Source: Myxococcales bacterium (lineage in GTDB: Bacteria; Myxococcota_A; Polyangia; Polyangiales; Houyiibacteriaceae). Taken from it: DNA of 42,104 nucleotides. The DNA lies in contig JASFKY010000003.1 of NCBI GenBank assembly GCA_050118395.1, forward strand, positions 1 to 42,104, written 5' to 3'. Made by a program: the position numbers and the translations under genes. Below the pieces are notes generated by a model. The model ran no database searches. It was not told the DNA's origin and saw only the letters and a program-made list of their open reading frames with translations. Below, in pieces: positions 10,802 to 19,566 of this stretch. Position 1 is the stretch's first letter; every line of letters starts with the position of its first letter.

Positions 10802-11554
10802 TTGGTTCAAACCCTTCAAGGTCAGAGCTTAGAGGAGCGTGTTGCCCATCTACAGCAGATGATGGATGCATCGAGCCCAGCGGTGCGTCAGGAGTATCAA
10901 GAGCGCTTCGACATCGCTTGGATTTATCACGATAGCGCTCTCGAGGGCGTCGTCTATTCGATGGACGAGCTCAAGTCGGCCATGCGGGAAGAGGGCGTGC
11001 CGGACCCCTCGCTGATTCCCGTCTACGACGAGATCCGAAACCACATGGGCGCGATTGCGATGATTCGCGAAATGGCGACCCGCAAGCGGGCCAACGTGAC
11101 GCTGGACGTGATCAAGAAGCTCTACGCGCAGCTCGCGCCCGAAGAGCTCGAAGGCAAAGGTCCGCCCACGTATCGAAAGGACATGCCGCTACACCGGCTC
11201 TACTTCCACGAAATTTCTCAGCCGGACAAGATCAGCTATCGGATGCGACAACTCGTTCAGTGGCTTTCCGACCCGGAAACCAAAAAGACGATGCATCCCG
11301 TGCGCATGGCCAGCAAGGCGCACTTCCAGCTGCTTCACATCTATCCGTTTCCCCGTCACAGCGGGAAGGTAGCCCGCTTGGTGATGAATCTGCTGCTCAT
11401 GAGGGGGGGCTATCCTCCGGTGATCATTCATGCCACCGAGCGGCAGCGCTATTACGAAGCGCTTCGAAATGGCGAGGACGCCACGGCGAATCTGATCAAT
11501 CAGGCGCTCGGGGCCGCCATCGAGACCGCGATTCAATACTTCGAGGAAATGTAA
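10802..11554 (+). CDS. Fic/Fido family protein with non-canonical active-site motif
   Basis: WIYHDSALEG (inhibitory-helix-like), HPVRMASKAHFQLLHIYPFPRHSGKVARLVMNLLLMRGGYPP and RQRYYEAL. TTG start 6 nt after GGAGG; alternative GTG at 10778. Confidence 0.85.
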   Translation: MVQTLQGQSLEERVAHLQQMMDASSPAVRQEYQERFDIAWIYHDSALEGVVYSMDELKSAMREEGVPDPSLIPVYDEIRNHMGAIAMIREMATRKRANVTLDVIKKLYAQLAPEELEGKGPPTYRKDMPLHRLYFHEISQPDKISYRMRQLVQWLSDPETKKTMHPVRMASKAHFQLLHIYPFPRHSGKVARLVMNLLLMRGGYPPVIIHATERQRYYEALRNGEDATANLINQALGAAIETAIQYFEEM

Positions 11555-11569
11555 TAGGGCAGGCCGCCG

Positions 11570-12151
11570 TCAGCCACTCTCGCAAAATCGAGGCAAGGCA
11601 GAAATCACGGCTAAGTAGCGCGCTCCGGCCGCCAGCGTGTCGTTTGCGTTTTCCGGCGTGATGCCGCCGATGGCCACCACCGGAGGCGAGACGGAAAGGC
11701 AGACGTGTCGCAATAGGCTCAAGCCCACCACCGGGTCCGGATTTTGCTTGGTGGTGGTCTCGAAGACCGGGCCCAAGGCGATGAGATCGGCTCCATCGCG
11801 TTCCGCCTCGAGGGCTTGCTCGAGGTTGTGGGTCGAGACGCCGATCGAGATGGACCCGACCACGGCGCGTGCTTGTCGCACTCTGAGATCGTTCTGACCG
11901 AGGTGAAGGCCATCGGCGCCTACCATGCGCGCGATGTCGGCGCGATCGTTGACCACGAAGGGAATACCGGCCTTCAGGCAGGATCGTCTGGCCCGAGTGG
12001 CCAACTCCAAAAGCTCGCGATCGTCGAGGGATTTGGCTCGGAGCTGCACCATGGCGCATCCGCTCGAAAGCGCCGTCTGCATCCACTCCAGAGGCCTTGG
12101 TGATACCTCGGCATCGATGATCGCATAGAGAGAATCAGCCCACGGGTTCAT
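11570..12151 (-). CDS. thiE: Thiamine-phosphate synthase
   Basis: VQLRAK, VVNDRADIA, GLHLGQND, IGVSTHN, GPVFETTTK and VAIGGI. Confidence 0.93.
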   Translation of the reverse strand: MNPWADSLYAIIDAEVSPRPLEWMQTALSSGCAMVQLRAKSLDDRELLELATRARRSCLKAGIPFVVNDRADIARMVGADGLHLGQNDLRVRQARAVVGSISIGVSTHNLEQALEAERDGADLIALGPVFETTTKQNPDPVVGLSLLRHVCLSVSPPVVAIGGITPENANDTLAAGARYLAVISALPRFCESG

Positions 12152-12998
12152 CACCGGTCAGCCTGCCGTACAGATCCGGGCGTCGATCCCGAAAAAAGCC
12201 CCAGTTGGCCCGGTAGCGCCGCAGCGCCGCCCGATCGAACGACGCCGTGGCGACGCCTTCTTCGTCGCGACCGAGCTCCGCCTCCATGTCGCCACGTTGG
12301 TTGCAGATGAACGAGCTTCCGTAGAAGGTCATCTCCGCTTCGATTCCGATGCGGTTGGCCGCAGCGACGGGCATCGCGTTGGCGACCGCGTGCCCCACCA
12401 TGACCCGTTGCCAAGGGTCCTTGGTGTCATCCATGGGAGCGCTGGGCTCGCTGCCGATGGCCGTCGGGTAGAGCAAGACCTCCGCGCCCAGCAAGGCCAT
12501 GCTGCGTGCGGCCTCTGGAAACCATTGGTCCCAACAGATCCCGACTCCGATCCGTCCGTGCCGGGTATTCCAAACCCGAAACCCGGTATCGCCGGGACGG
12601 AAATAGAATTTCTCCTCGTAGCCGACTCCGTCGGGGATGTGGCTCTTTCGATAAACGCCCAACTGCTCACCGTCGGCATCGATCATGACCAGGCTGTTGT
12701 AATAGCTCTGACCGGCGCGCTCGAAAAAGGAGATGGGCAGCACGACACCGAGCTCGGCCGCAAGCGATTGCATCCGGGCGACGGTGGGATGACCCTCGAG
12801 CGGGGCTGCCAAATCGAAGGCGCGCTCGTCTTCGCTCTGTGGGAAATAGGGACCCTCGAAAAGCTCCGGCGTGAGCACCACCTGTCCGCCTGCTTGCGCG
12901 GCTTTGCGGACTAGCTTTTCGATGCGGTCGACGTTGACCTCGCGCGTGTCGTGCAGAGCGCACTGAACGATTGCAATCGAAAGGGTGGTCGCGGTCAT
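12135..12998 (-). CDS. aguB: N-carbamoylputrescine amidase (nitrilase superfamily)
   Basis: PELFEGPYF, YRKSHIPDGVGYEEKFYF, GICWDQWFPEAAR and YPTAIGSEP; adjacent to aguA. Confidence 0.95.
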   Translation of the reverse strand: MTATTLSIAIVQCALHDTREVNVDRIEKLVRKAAQAGGQVVLTPELFEGPYFPQSEDERAFDLAAPLEGHPTVARMQSLAAELGVVLPISFFERAGQSYYNSLVMIDADGEQLGVYRKSHIPDGVGYEEKFYFRPGDTGFRVWNTRHGRIGVGICWDQWFPEAARSMALLGAEVLLYPTAIGSEPSAPMDDTKDPWQRVMVGHAVANAMPVAAANRIGIEAEMTFYGSSFICNQRGDMEAELGRDEEGVATASFDRAALRRYRANWGFFRDRRPDLYGRLTGDEPVG

Positions 12999-13993
12999 GG
13001 GGCCATGGGTTGAGGCTGGGTCACGCAGTGAAGCGCGCCTCCTCCCCATAGCAGGTCTCGGGCCGGCACGCCGACCACATCACGACCCGAAAACAAGCTC
13101 GCCAGCGCCGCAAGCGCCGTCTCGTCCTGCTCGATGGCGTAGGTGGGAACGAGGACCGCTTCGTTTGCCACGTAGAAGTTGCAGTAGCTGGCCGGCAAAG
13201 GAGCGCCGTCGGGCGCGGACACGGCGCAGGGAGCTGGCAACTCGACGACCGTCAGGCCGCTTGCCTGAAGCTCCGTGCGGATGGACTCCAAGATTGCAGC
13301 GTTTGGCGCGTCGCGCTGGGGGCGCATGCAGACCACCGAATCGGCAGAGACGAATCGCGCGATCATGTCGACGTGACCGTCGGTGTGATCGTGCTCGAGG
13401 CCTCGCTCGAGCCAGATCAGCCGTTTCATCACGACCTTCGCGCTCAATGCCTCTTCGAAGGCATCGCGCGTCAAGCCCGGATTGCGGTTGGGATTGAGCA
13501 CGCACGAGGCGGTGGTGAGGAAGGTCCCGGCGCCATTGCAGTCGAGGGCCCCGCCTTCGAGCACGACCGGGCATTCGAATCGACGTGCGCCCAGGTATTG
13601 CGTCAGCCATTTGCTGACCTGCGCATCGAAGGGCATTTCGTACTTTGCGCCCCAGCCGTTGAACTCGAAGCACAGGGCGCCGAGGGCATCCGATGCATCG
13701 TGTCCGAGCAGGGGGGCCGTGTCGCGAACCCAACAGTCGCCGTAGTCTGCCCGGACGTACTCCACTCGGTCGGAGCCGCCGATCAGGTTTCGAGCCTCGT
13801 CTTCGACCGCCTCGTCTTTGACCAGCAGTCGCACGGTCTCTCCGCCCACCTCCGCGATGGCACGACAAAGCTCTGCAATCGACCGCTGCGCCTCGGCGAG
13901 GCTTGCCGGCCATTCTTCGCGCAGGTGAGGAAAAGCCAACCAGCAGGCATCGTGCCGCTCCCACTCAGCCGGGACGCGAAGTCGTGGCTCCAC
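12995..13993 (-). CDS. aguA: Agmatine deiminase (peptidyl-arginine deiminase family)
   Basis: PAEWE, DCWVRDTAP, FNGWG, LEGGA, DHTDGHVD and GGALHCVTQPQP (catalytic Cys). Confidence 0.95.
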   Translation of the reverse strand: MEPRLRVPAEWERHDACWLAFPHLREEWPASLAEAQRSIAELCRAIAEVGGETVRLLVKDEAVEDEARNLIGGSDRVEYVRADYGDCWVRDTAPLLGHDASDALGALCFEFNGWGAKYEMPFDAQVSKWLTQYLGARRFECPVVLEGGALDCNGAGTFLTTASCVLNPNRNPGLTRDAFEEALSAKVVMKRLIWLERGLEHDHTDGHVDMIARFVSADSVVCMRPQRDAPNAAILESIRTELQASGLTVVELPAPCAVSAPDGAPLPASYCNFYVANEAVLVPTYAIEQDETALAALASLFSGRDVVGVPARDLLWGGGALHCVTQPQPMAP

Positions 13994-14002
13994 CGCGGGA
14001 AC

Positions 14003-15013
14003 CTACCACGGGAGCACCTTCGATTCACCGAACCGATCGATCATCGCCTGCACGTGCTCCAGCACCGCCACCCGCCTTTGCTCGAGACCTTGGAGCTGTC
14101 GTTGGTTGAGCACCGGCGCCAAGGGGTCGCTTCGTAAGCGTTCGGCGAATCGTTCGACGTCGAGTTGCCGCACCGCCTCGATGCTCGATCGGCGAAAGCG
14201 CTGAAGGGCTTTGAGCCGCGCCTCCATCAGCCCCAGGCGCTGCTGCCCGAGCCAGAAGCCCGCCCCGTTGTCGAGGTAGATCAGCGGACCGCCTGGCCCC
14301 CGTGTTCGCACGTTGGTGAAGTCACCTCCCCAACGGTCCACGTTTTGGGTGAGGTAGTCGAACACGATCAGGTCCGAGAGCTCCGCGGGCCGTCCCTCCA
14401 GATCCGGCCGTCCCGCCTCGGGTCGTCGGGGATCGGTGGCTTCACGAACGCCGGGGCGACCGTTGAGATCGGATCGGTAGTCGACCGGCCTTTGGTACGG
14501 AGTGATGGGCAGCGTCTTTTGGACGCGTACCCAGCGCTCCCACTTCCGGCCCATGCGCAGACGCTTCAGAGGCTCGGGGATCCACCAGATGAAGGCGCCC
14601 TGGAGGGTTCCGTCGGCATCGACTCGGAGCTCGGACACCCTCCGGTCGCCGTGCGCCGCGCTTTCGAGGTCACTCCAGGCCAATCGCCGTCCCGTCGTCG
14701 GCGGAACCCTGCCGAAACCGAGCTCTCGATCCAAGTAGTACGCCGCGACCTCGGAGTACCAGTGCGCGGCCGAGAACGTTTGCTTTGGCTTGAAATATCC
14801 CTTCGTCCCGTCTTCGAGCGTGATGAGAAACGCGAGGCTTCGGCCGCCTCGGCCCTTTTCGACTTCGGCGATCGGCTGGTGGCGTAGCGCTGCGACCCGC
14901 GGTGCGTCGGGCTCACCCAGGAAGGCGGGGCTTGTTTGCTTCGGGCTCTGCGTCGACGCGAGAAGCGGCCAACAAGCCGCGAACGCGAGCGCGATGAAAG
15001 GGATTCGCCGCAC
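14003..15013 (-). CDS. Secreted Fam20C/four-jointed-like atypical kinase
   Basis: Signal peptide (possible lipobox FAAC); GYFKPK, SEVAAYYLDRELGFGRVPPTTGR, VFDYLTQNVDR, LIYLDNGAGF and DPLAPVL, all colinear with Fam20 family motifs. Confidence 0.8.
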   Translation of the reverse strand: MRRIPFIALAFAACWPLLASTQSPKQTSPAFLGEPDAPRVAALRHQPIAEVEKGRGGRSLAFLITLEDGTKGYFKPKQTFSAAHWYSEVAAYYLDRELGFGRVPPTTGRRLAWSDLESAAHGDRRVSELRVDADGTLQGAFIWWIPEPLKRLRMGRKWERWVRVQKTLPITPYQRPVDYRSDLNGRPGVREATDPRRPEAGRPDLEGRPAELSDLIVFDYLTQNVDRWGGDFTNVRTRGPGGPLIYLDNGAGFWLGQQRLGLMEARLKALQRFRRSSIEAVRQLDVERFAERLRSDPLAPVLNQRQLQGLEQRRVAVLEHVQAMIDRFGESKVLPW

Positions 15014-15022
15014 TGGGCGAGT

Positions 15023-15988
15023 CTAGTCGGCCACGCCGATGAGGTCGATCTCTCGGCCTACCGATCGATCGCGCGCGAGCTCGAAGATCGCCCGAGCCAG
15101 TGCGACGTCCTGGATCGCCAGGCCGGTCGAATCGAAAACGGTCGTCGAACCAGCGGGGGGCTTCGAGAGGCGGCCTGCGACCACCTCACCGAGTGTTCCC
15201 GCAACGTCGTCGCGTGCAAACTCACCCTTCGCCAAGGGTACGTTGATCTCGCCGCTGCCGGTGGCTTGGTGGATGTCGTCGATGTACACCCTGGCGTTTT
15301 TCAGGACCTGGCTTTCGAGCTCCTGCTTGCCGGGCGCATCGGCGCCCATGGCATTGACGTGCGCGCCGGGTTGGATCCATTCGGCTCGAACGAACGGCGC
15401 TCGCGATGGCGTTGCAGTGCAAACGATGTCCGCGCCGGCCGCTTGCTGCAGGCTCACTACTTGGCCTCCGACCTCCGTCGCGAATCGCTCGGCGTTCTCC
15501 GAGCTCCGATCGTAGGCGAGGCTTTGGAAGTCGCCAAAGACCACCTTGTGGGCCGCGTAGAGCGTGCGGGCCTGTGTGCCGCAGCCGATGAACGCGACGG
15601 TCGAGGGCGGTTTGCAGACCAGAAACTTGGATGCGACGCCGCCTGCGGCCCCCGTTCGCAAAGCCGTGAGAGTGGTCCCATCCATGATGGCGAGAGGAAA
15701 TGCATTGGATGCGTCGTTCAAGACGTACACCGCCATCACCGTGGGTAGACCATGGCGCTTGCGATTGTGTGCGTGAACGTTGACCCATTTGATGCCTGCG
15801 AAGCGCCCGAGGCGCGCGGGCATCGCACGGAAGTCGCCATCATGGTCCTCGATCGGAAGGTAGACTTTGGGCGGCATGGTGGCTTCGCCCCGTCCAAACG
15901 CACCAAAGGCTTCCTCGACGGCTTGTACCGCAAGCTCCATCGTCGCGACCGACTCGACCTCGGCGCACGTCAATACCAGCGTTTTCAT
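15023..15988 (-). CDS. Ornithine cyclodeaminase/mu-crystallin family protein, archaeal-type alanine dehydrogenase-like
   Basis: GDFRAMPA, GIKWVNVH, LPTVMA, LTALRTGAAGG, GCGTQA, GADAPGKQE and FDSTGLAIQD. Confidence 0.9.
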   Translation of the reverse strand: MKTLVLTCAEVESVATMELAVQAVEEAFGAFGRGEATMPPKVYLPIEDHDGDFRAMPARLGRFAGIKWVNVHAHNRKRHGLPTVMAVYVLNDASNAFPLAIMDGTTLTALRTGAAGGVASKFLVCKPPSTVAFIGCGTQARTLYAAHKVVFGDFQSLAYDRSSENAERFATEVGGQVVSLQQAAGADIVCTATPSRAPFVRAEWIQPGAHVNAMGADAPGKQELESQVLKNARVYIDDIHQATGSGEINVPLAKGEFARDDVAGTLGEVVAGRLSKPPAGSTTVFDSTGLAIQDVALARAIFELARDRSVGREIDLIGVAD

Positions 15989-16072
15989 GCGTTCCTGTTC
16001 TGCCAAAAACCCCTGGGTCATGTCCCCAGGGCTGCAGTATAGTCCGCCGCGACCCGTGGATTGCAACCTGGG

Positions 16073-16495
16073 ATGAATATGACGCCTTCCGCACTTGCAT
16101 TGGTTGGTTACGCGGCATGGACGCTGCTTTTGGCCATCGTGTTGCTCGGCTATCGCACCGGGCTCGTGCTCGCCAAGCGACGAGCAGCCAATTCCTTCAG
16201 TCCGAGCGGAGAGGATGTTTCACCGTTTTCAGCTAGACTTTGTAGAGCGCACGCGAACTGTTACGAGAACCTCCCCGTCTTCGCTGCTTTGATCCTGATC
16301 GCGCTGGTGACCGACCACGCGGCCATCACCGATCCGCTGGCACGCTGGGTCTTGGTGGCGCGCGTAGCGCAGTCTTTGGTGCATCTGATCTCGACCAGCG
16401 AAGCCGCCGTGTCGATACGAGGGACGCTGTATTGGTTGCAGCTCGGGGCGGAAGCCTATTGGGTCGTCCAGTTGGGGCTTTTGGGCTTCGGCTGA
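16073..16495 (+). CDS. MAPEG family membrane protein
   Basis: RLCRAHANCYENLPVFA and VARVAQSLVH; four hydrophobic helices. Confidence 0.9.
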   Translation: MNMTPSALALVGYAAWTLLLAIVLLGYRTGLVLAKRRAANSFSPSGEDVSPFSARLCRAHANCYENLPVFAALILIALVTDHAAITDPLARWVLVARVAQSLVHLISTSEAAVSIRGTLYWLQLGAEAYWVVQLGLLGFG

Positions 16496-16503
16496 CCGGG
16501 GAC

Positions 16504-19500
16504 TCAGTGAAAGTCGCGGGATCGACGAGTCGATTCGGCGAGAGCGACGTCCGGTGTCCACAGCGACCGCGCGATTAGGTGCGTGACGCCATCCGCTTTT
16601 TGCAGCTCTCCGCTCACCCCCAGCAAGGAGGCCGTCTTGGCGATGATGGCATGGCGGTCGAATATGGGCTTCCACACGACGACGTTGACGAAGCCCGTTT
16701 CGTCTTCGAGAGTGAAAAACGTGACGCCGGAAGCAGTACCTGGACGCTGGCGACAGATCACCATCCCGACGTAATCGAGCTGCTCGCCATGCGCTCGGCC
16801 ATGCACGGTCGTGGCGTCGGGAATGCCCCTTGCAAGCAGTGCATGTCGGAGCCCATGCATTGGATGACCGCGAGTGCTGTGATCGCTGACCCGATAATCC
16901 CAGATCACTTCGTCATCGCCTGCCAGCGATGCAAAGGAGATCTGACTCGAAGCAGGCTCCAGCGGCAATGAATCCCGTATGAAGCGCGACAATCCGCGCA
17001 CCTGCCAGATCGCATCGCGTCGATTGAGCTCGAAGCAATCGAACGCCCCTGCTTCCGCAATCGAATGCAGTGCCTTGTTGTTGAGACCCGTCCGTCGAAC
17101 GAAGGTGGCAAGGTTGGGATAGGGTGGCCCACTTGCTTCGATCCGTCTTCGTTCGACGACGCCCAGCCCTTTCACGTAACGAAGCCCCATCCTCACGGCC
17201 CACGAAGAGGAGCCCCCGGGCTCGAGCGTGCAATTCCAGCGGCTCTTGTTGACGTCGATGGGTCGCACCTCGACTCCGTGTCGCTTGGCGTCTTCGACCA
17301 GCGTGGCTGGCGTGTAAAAACCCATGGGCTGCGAGTTCAAGATCGCACATGTGAACACGTCGTGATGGTGGCATCGGAGCCAAGCCGTGACGTAGGCGAG
17401 CAAAGCAAACGACGCGGCATGGCTTTCGGGAAAGCCATACTCGCCAAAGCCACGAATTTGCGAGAATACACGCTCGGCAAACCCTTCGGGAATGCCTTGC
17501 GCGATCATCCGAGGAATCATGCGAGCACGGTGCTTTTCGATGCGTCCCGACTTGCGCCATGCGGCCATGTCCCGGCGAAGTTGGTCTGCTTCTCCCGGTG
17601 TGTACCCAGCGGCTTCGACCGCCAGCTTCATGACCTGCTCTTGGAAGATCGGCACGCCCAAAGTCTTTTTCAAGATGCGTTCCAGGTTGGGATGGGGATA
17701 GAAGATTTCTTCTTCGCCCTTTCGACGCCGCAAATACGGATGGACCATGTCTCCTTGAATCGGCCCAGGACGAACGATTGCGACCTCGATCACCAAATCG
17801 TAAAAGGTGCGTGGTCGAAGCCTGGGCAGCATGGCCATTTGTGCGCGGCTTTCGATTTGAAAGACGCCGACGGTGTCTCCTTCGGACACCATGTCGTAGG
17901 TGGCTTCGTCTTCCGCCGGGACACTTGCAATCTCGAGGGACATCCCCTTGTGCTCATGCAAGAGATCGAATGCGTGGTGAATACAGGTCAGCGCACCTAG
18001 ACCGAGCAGATCGACTTTGAACAACGCGAGGTTGTCGACGTCGTACTTGTCCCACTGAATCACCGTGCGGGCCTCCATCGTGGCCGGCTCGATGGGAACG
18101 ATCTGGTCGACGGGGCGGTCGCCGAGCAGAAATCCGCCCGGATGAATCGACAAATGTCGAGGAAAATCGAGAACTTCTGAAGCAAGGGACCATAGGTGTC
18201 GAGTCGCTGGCGCATTGCCTTCGAGACCTGCTTCTCGGAGTAGGTCCGGATCGAGCACGTCATCGCGATGGCGAAGCAAGCGCGTGGCCGTCTCCAGGTC
18301 CGTGCGAGACAAACCAAGCACCTTGCCGACGTCACGCACGGCTGAACGAATGCGGTAACGAATGACGTTTGCAACCATCGCTGCGTATCGACGCCCGTAC
18401 TTTTCGTATACGTGTTGAATGACTTCCTCGCGACGGTCGTGCTCGATGTCGAGATCGATGTCGGGAGGCTCGGCTCGCTCCACGCTCAAAAATCGCTCGA
18501 ACAAGAGATCCATTCGGACCGGATCGATTGCCGTGATTCCCAAACAGAAACACACGGTACTGTTGGCGGCGCTGCCTCTTCCTTGACACAAGATGTCGTG
18601 ATGCCGGCAATACTGGACGATTCCATGCATCGTCAGAAAGTAGCCTCCACAATCGAGCCTTTGAATGATTTGGAGCTCGCGTTCTATTTGATTGCGAACC
18701 TCGACGGGGATGGTGCCGTGGTAGCGTTCGAAGGCACCGCGAAACGTGAGCTCGCGCAACCAGCCTTGCTCGGTTTGCCCATGTGGCAAATGCTCTTCGG
18801 GATATCGATAGTGAATGTCGTCCAGGCTGAAAGAGCACTGTTCGGCGATGTCCAAAGTGCGCCGTAGGCATTTGGGATCATCCGCAAAGAGATGGGCCGC
18901 TTCGTCGAACGATCTCAGATAGTGCTCGGCGTTCGGGCGGGTGATTCGGCCTGCTTCCGAAAGCACTTTACCCGCACGAATACAAGCCAAAACGTCCTGT
19001 AGAGGGCGCCGGGCTTTGTCGTGGTAGAGGACCTCGTTGGCGCCCACCGCATGGATGCCTAGATCCCGGGCTGTCGCTCGAAGGGCTCGTTCCTTCGGCT
19101 TGTCGTGTTCGCTGAGGTGACGCGCACAAAGAGCAAACAGAGCGGACGGCCCTCGAAGGGTATGTAGCGCGCGCAAGGGCTCGGGCGTCGCGCACAGGAA
19201 AAACAAATCGCGCGCTTCTCGAAGATCGTCCAACTCGACCAACGAAAAACCTTTTTCACGACGCGCGTGTCCGAGCGAGATCGCTCTACAAAGGTCGGCA
19301 TAGCCGCGCCGTGTCTTTGCCAGGGTGATGATGTGATGCATCGCACCCTCGACGTCGACGGTGAGTTGTGCGCCGACTAGGATACGGATGCCCAAATCCT
19401 TGGCCCGCATGTGGGCTCTCACCAGGCCGTACACACCGTCACGATCGGTCACTGCAATGGCTCGAAGACCGAGCGCATGAGCTCGCTCCACCAGCTCTTC

Positions 19501-19566
19501 GGGAAACGAAGCGCCTTCCAGAAAGCTGTGGTTGCTCTTGACCCACAACGGAACGTAAGCGCTCAT
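16504..19566 (-). CDS. dnaE2: Error-prone DNA polymerase DnaE2
   Basis: PHP domain (SNHSFLEGAS), QGRGSAANS, PPDIDLD, GFPESHA, OB fold (RQRPGTASG...LEDETG) and the C-terminal SRDFH DnaE2 signature. Confidence 0.98.
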   Translation of the reverse strand: MSAYVPLWVKSNHSFLEGASFPEELVERAHALGLRAIAVTDRDGVYGLVRAHMRAKDLGIRILVGAQLTVDVEGAMHHIITLAKTRRGYADLCRAISLGHARREKGFSLVELDDLREARDLFFLCATPEPLRALHTLRGPSALFALCARHLSEHDKPKERALRATARDLGIHAVGANEVLYHDKARRPLQDVLACIRAGKVLSEAGRITRPNAEHYLRSFDEAAHLFADDPKCLRRTLDIAEQCSFSLDDIHYRYPEEHLPHGQTEQGWLRELTFRGAFERYHGTIPVEVRNQIERELQIIQRLDCGGYFLTMHGIVQYCRHHDILCQGRGSAANSTVCFCLGITAIDPVRMDLLFERFLSVERAEPPDIDLDIEHDRREEVIQHVYEKYGRRYAAMVANVIRYRIRSAVRDVGKVLGLSRTDLETATRLLRHRDDVLDPDLLREAGLEGNAPATRHLWSLASEVLDFPRHLSIHPGGFLLGDRPVDQIVPIEPATMEARTVIQWDKYDVDNLALFKVDLLGLGALTCIHHAFDLLHEHKGMSLEIASVPAEDEATYDMVSEGDTVGVFQIESRAQMAMLPRLRPRTFYDLVIEVAIVRPGPIQGDMVHPYLRRRKGEEEIFYPHPNLERILKKTLGVPIFQEQVMKLAVEAAGYTPGEADQLRRDMAAWRKSGRIEKHRARMIPRMIAQGIPEGFAERVFSQIRGFGEYGFPESHAASFALLAYVTAWLRCHHHDVFTCAILNSQPMGFYTPATLVEDAKRHGVEVRPIDVNKSRWNCTLEPGGSSSWAVRMGLRYVKGLGVVERRRIEASGPPYPNLATFVRRTGLNNKALHSIAEAGAFDCFELNRRDAIWQVRGLSRFIRDSLPLEPASSQISFASLAGDDEVIWDYRVSDHSTRGHPMHGLRHALLARGIPDATTVHGRAHGEQLDYVGMVICRQRPGTASGVTFFTLEDETGFVNVVVWKPIFDRHAIIAKTASLLGVSGELQKADGVTHLIARSLWTPDVALAESTRRSRDFH

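Noticed and set aside
16011-16072. Short CCCTGGG/CCCAGGG inverted repeats and a TTGCAA...TATACT pair between the OCD-like and MAPEG genes
   Set aside because: The repeats are short and GC-rich and the promoter spacing is 19 nt; not enough support.
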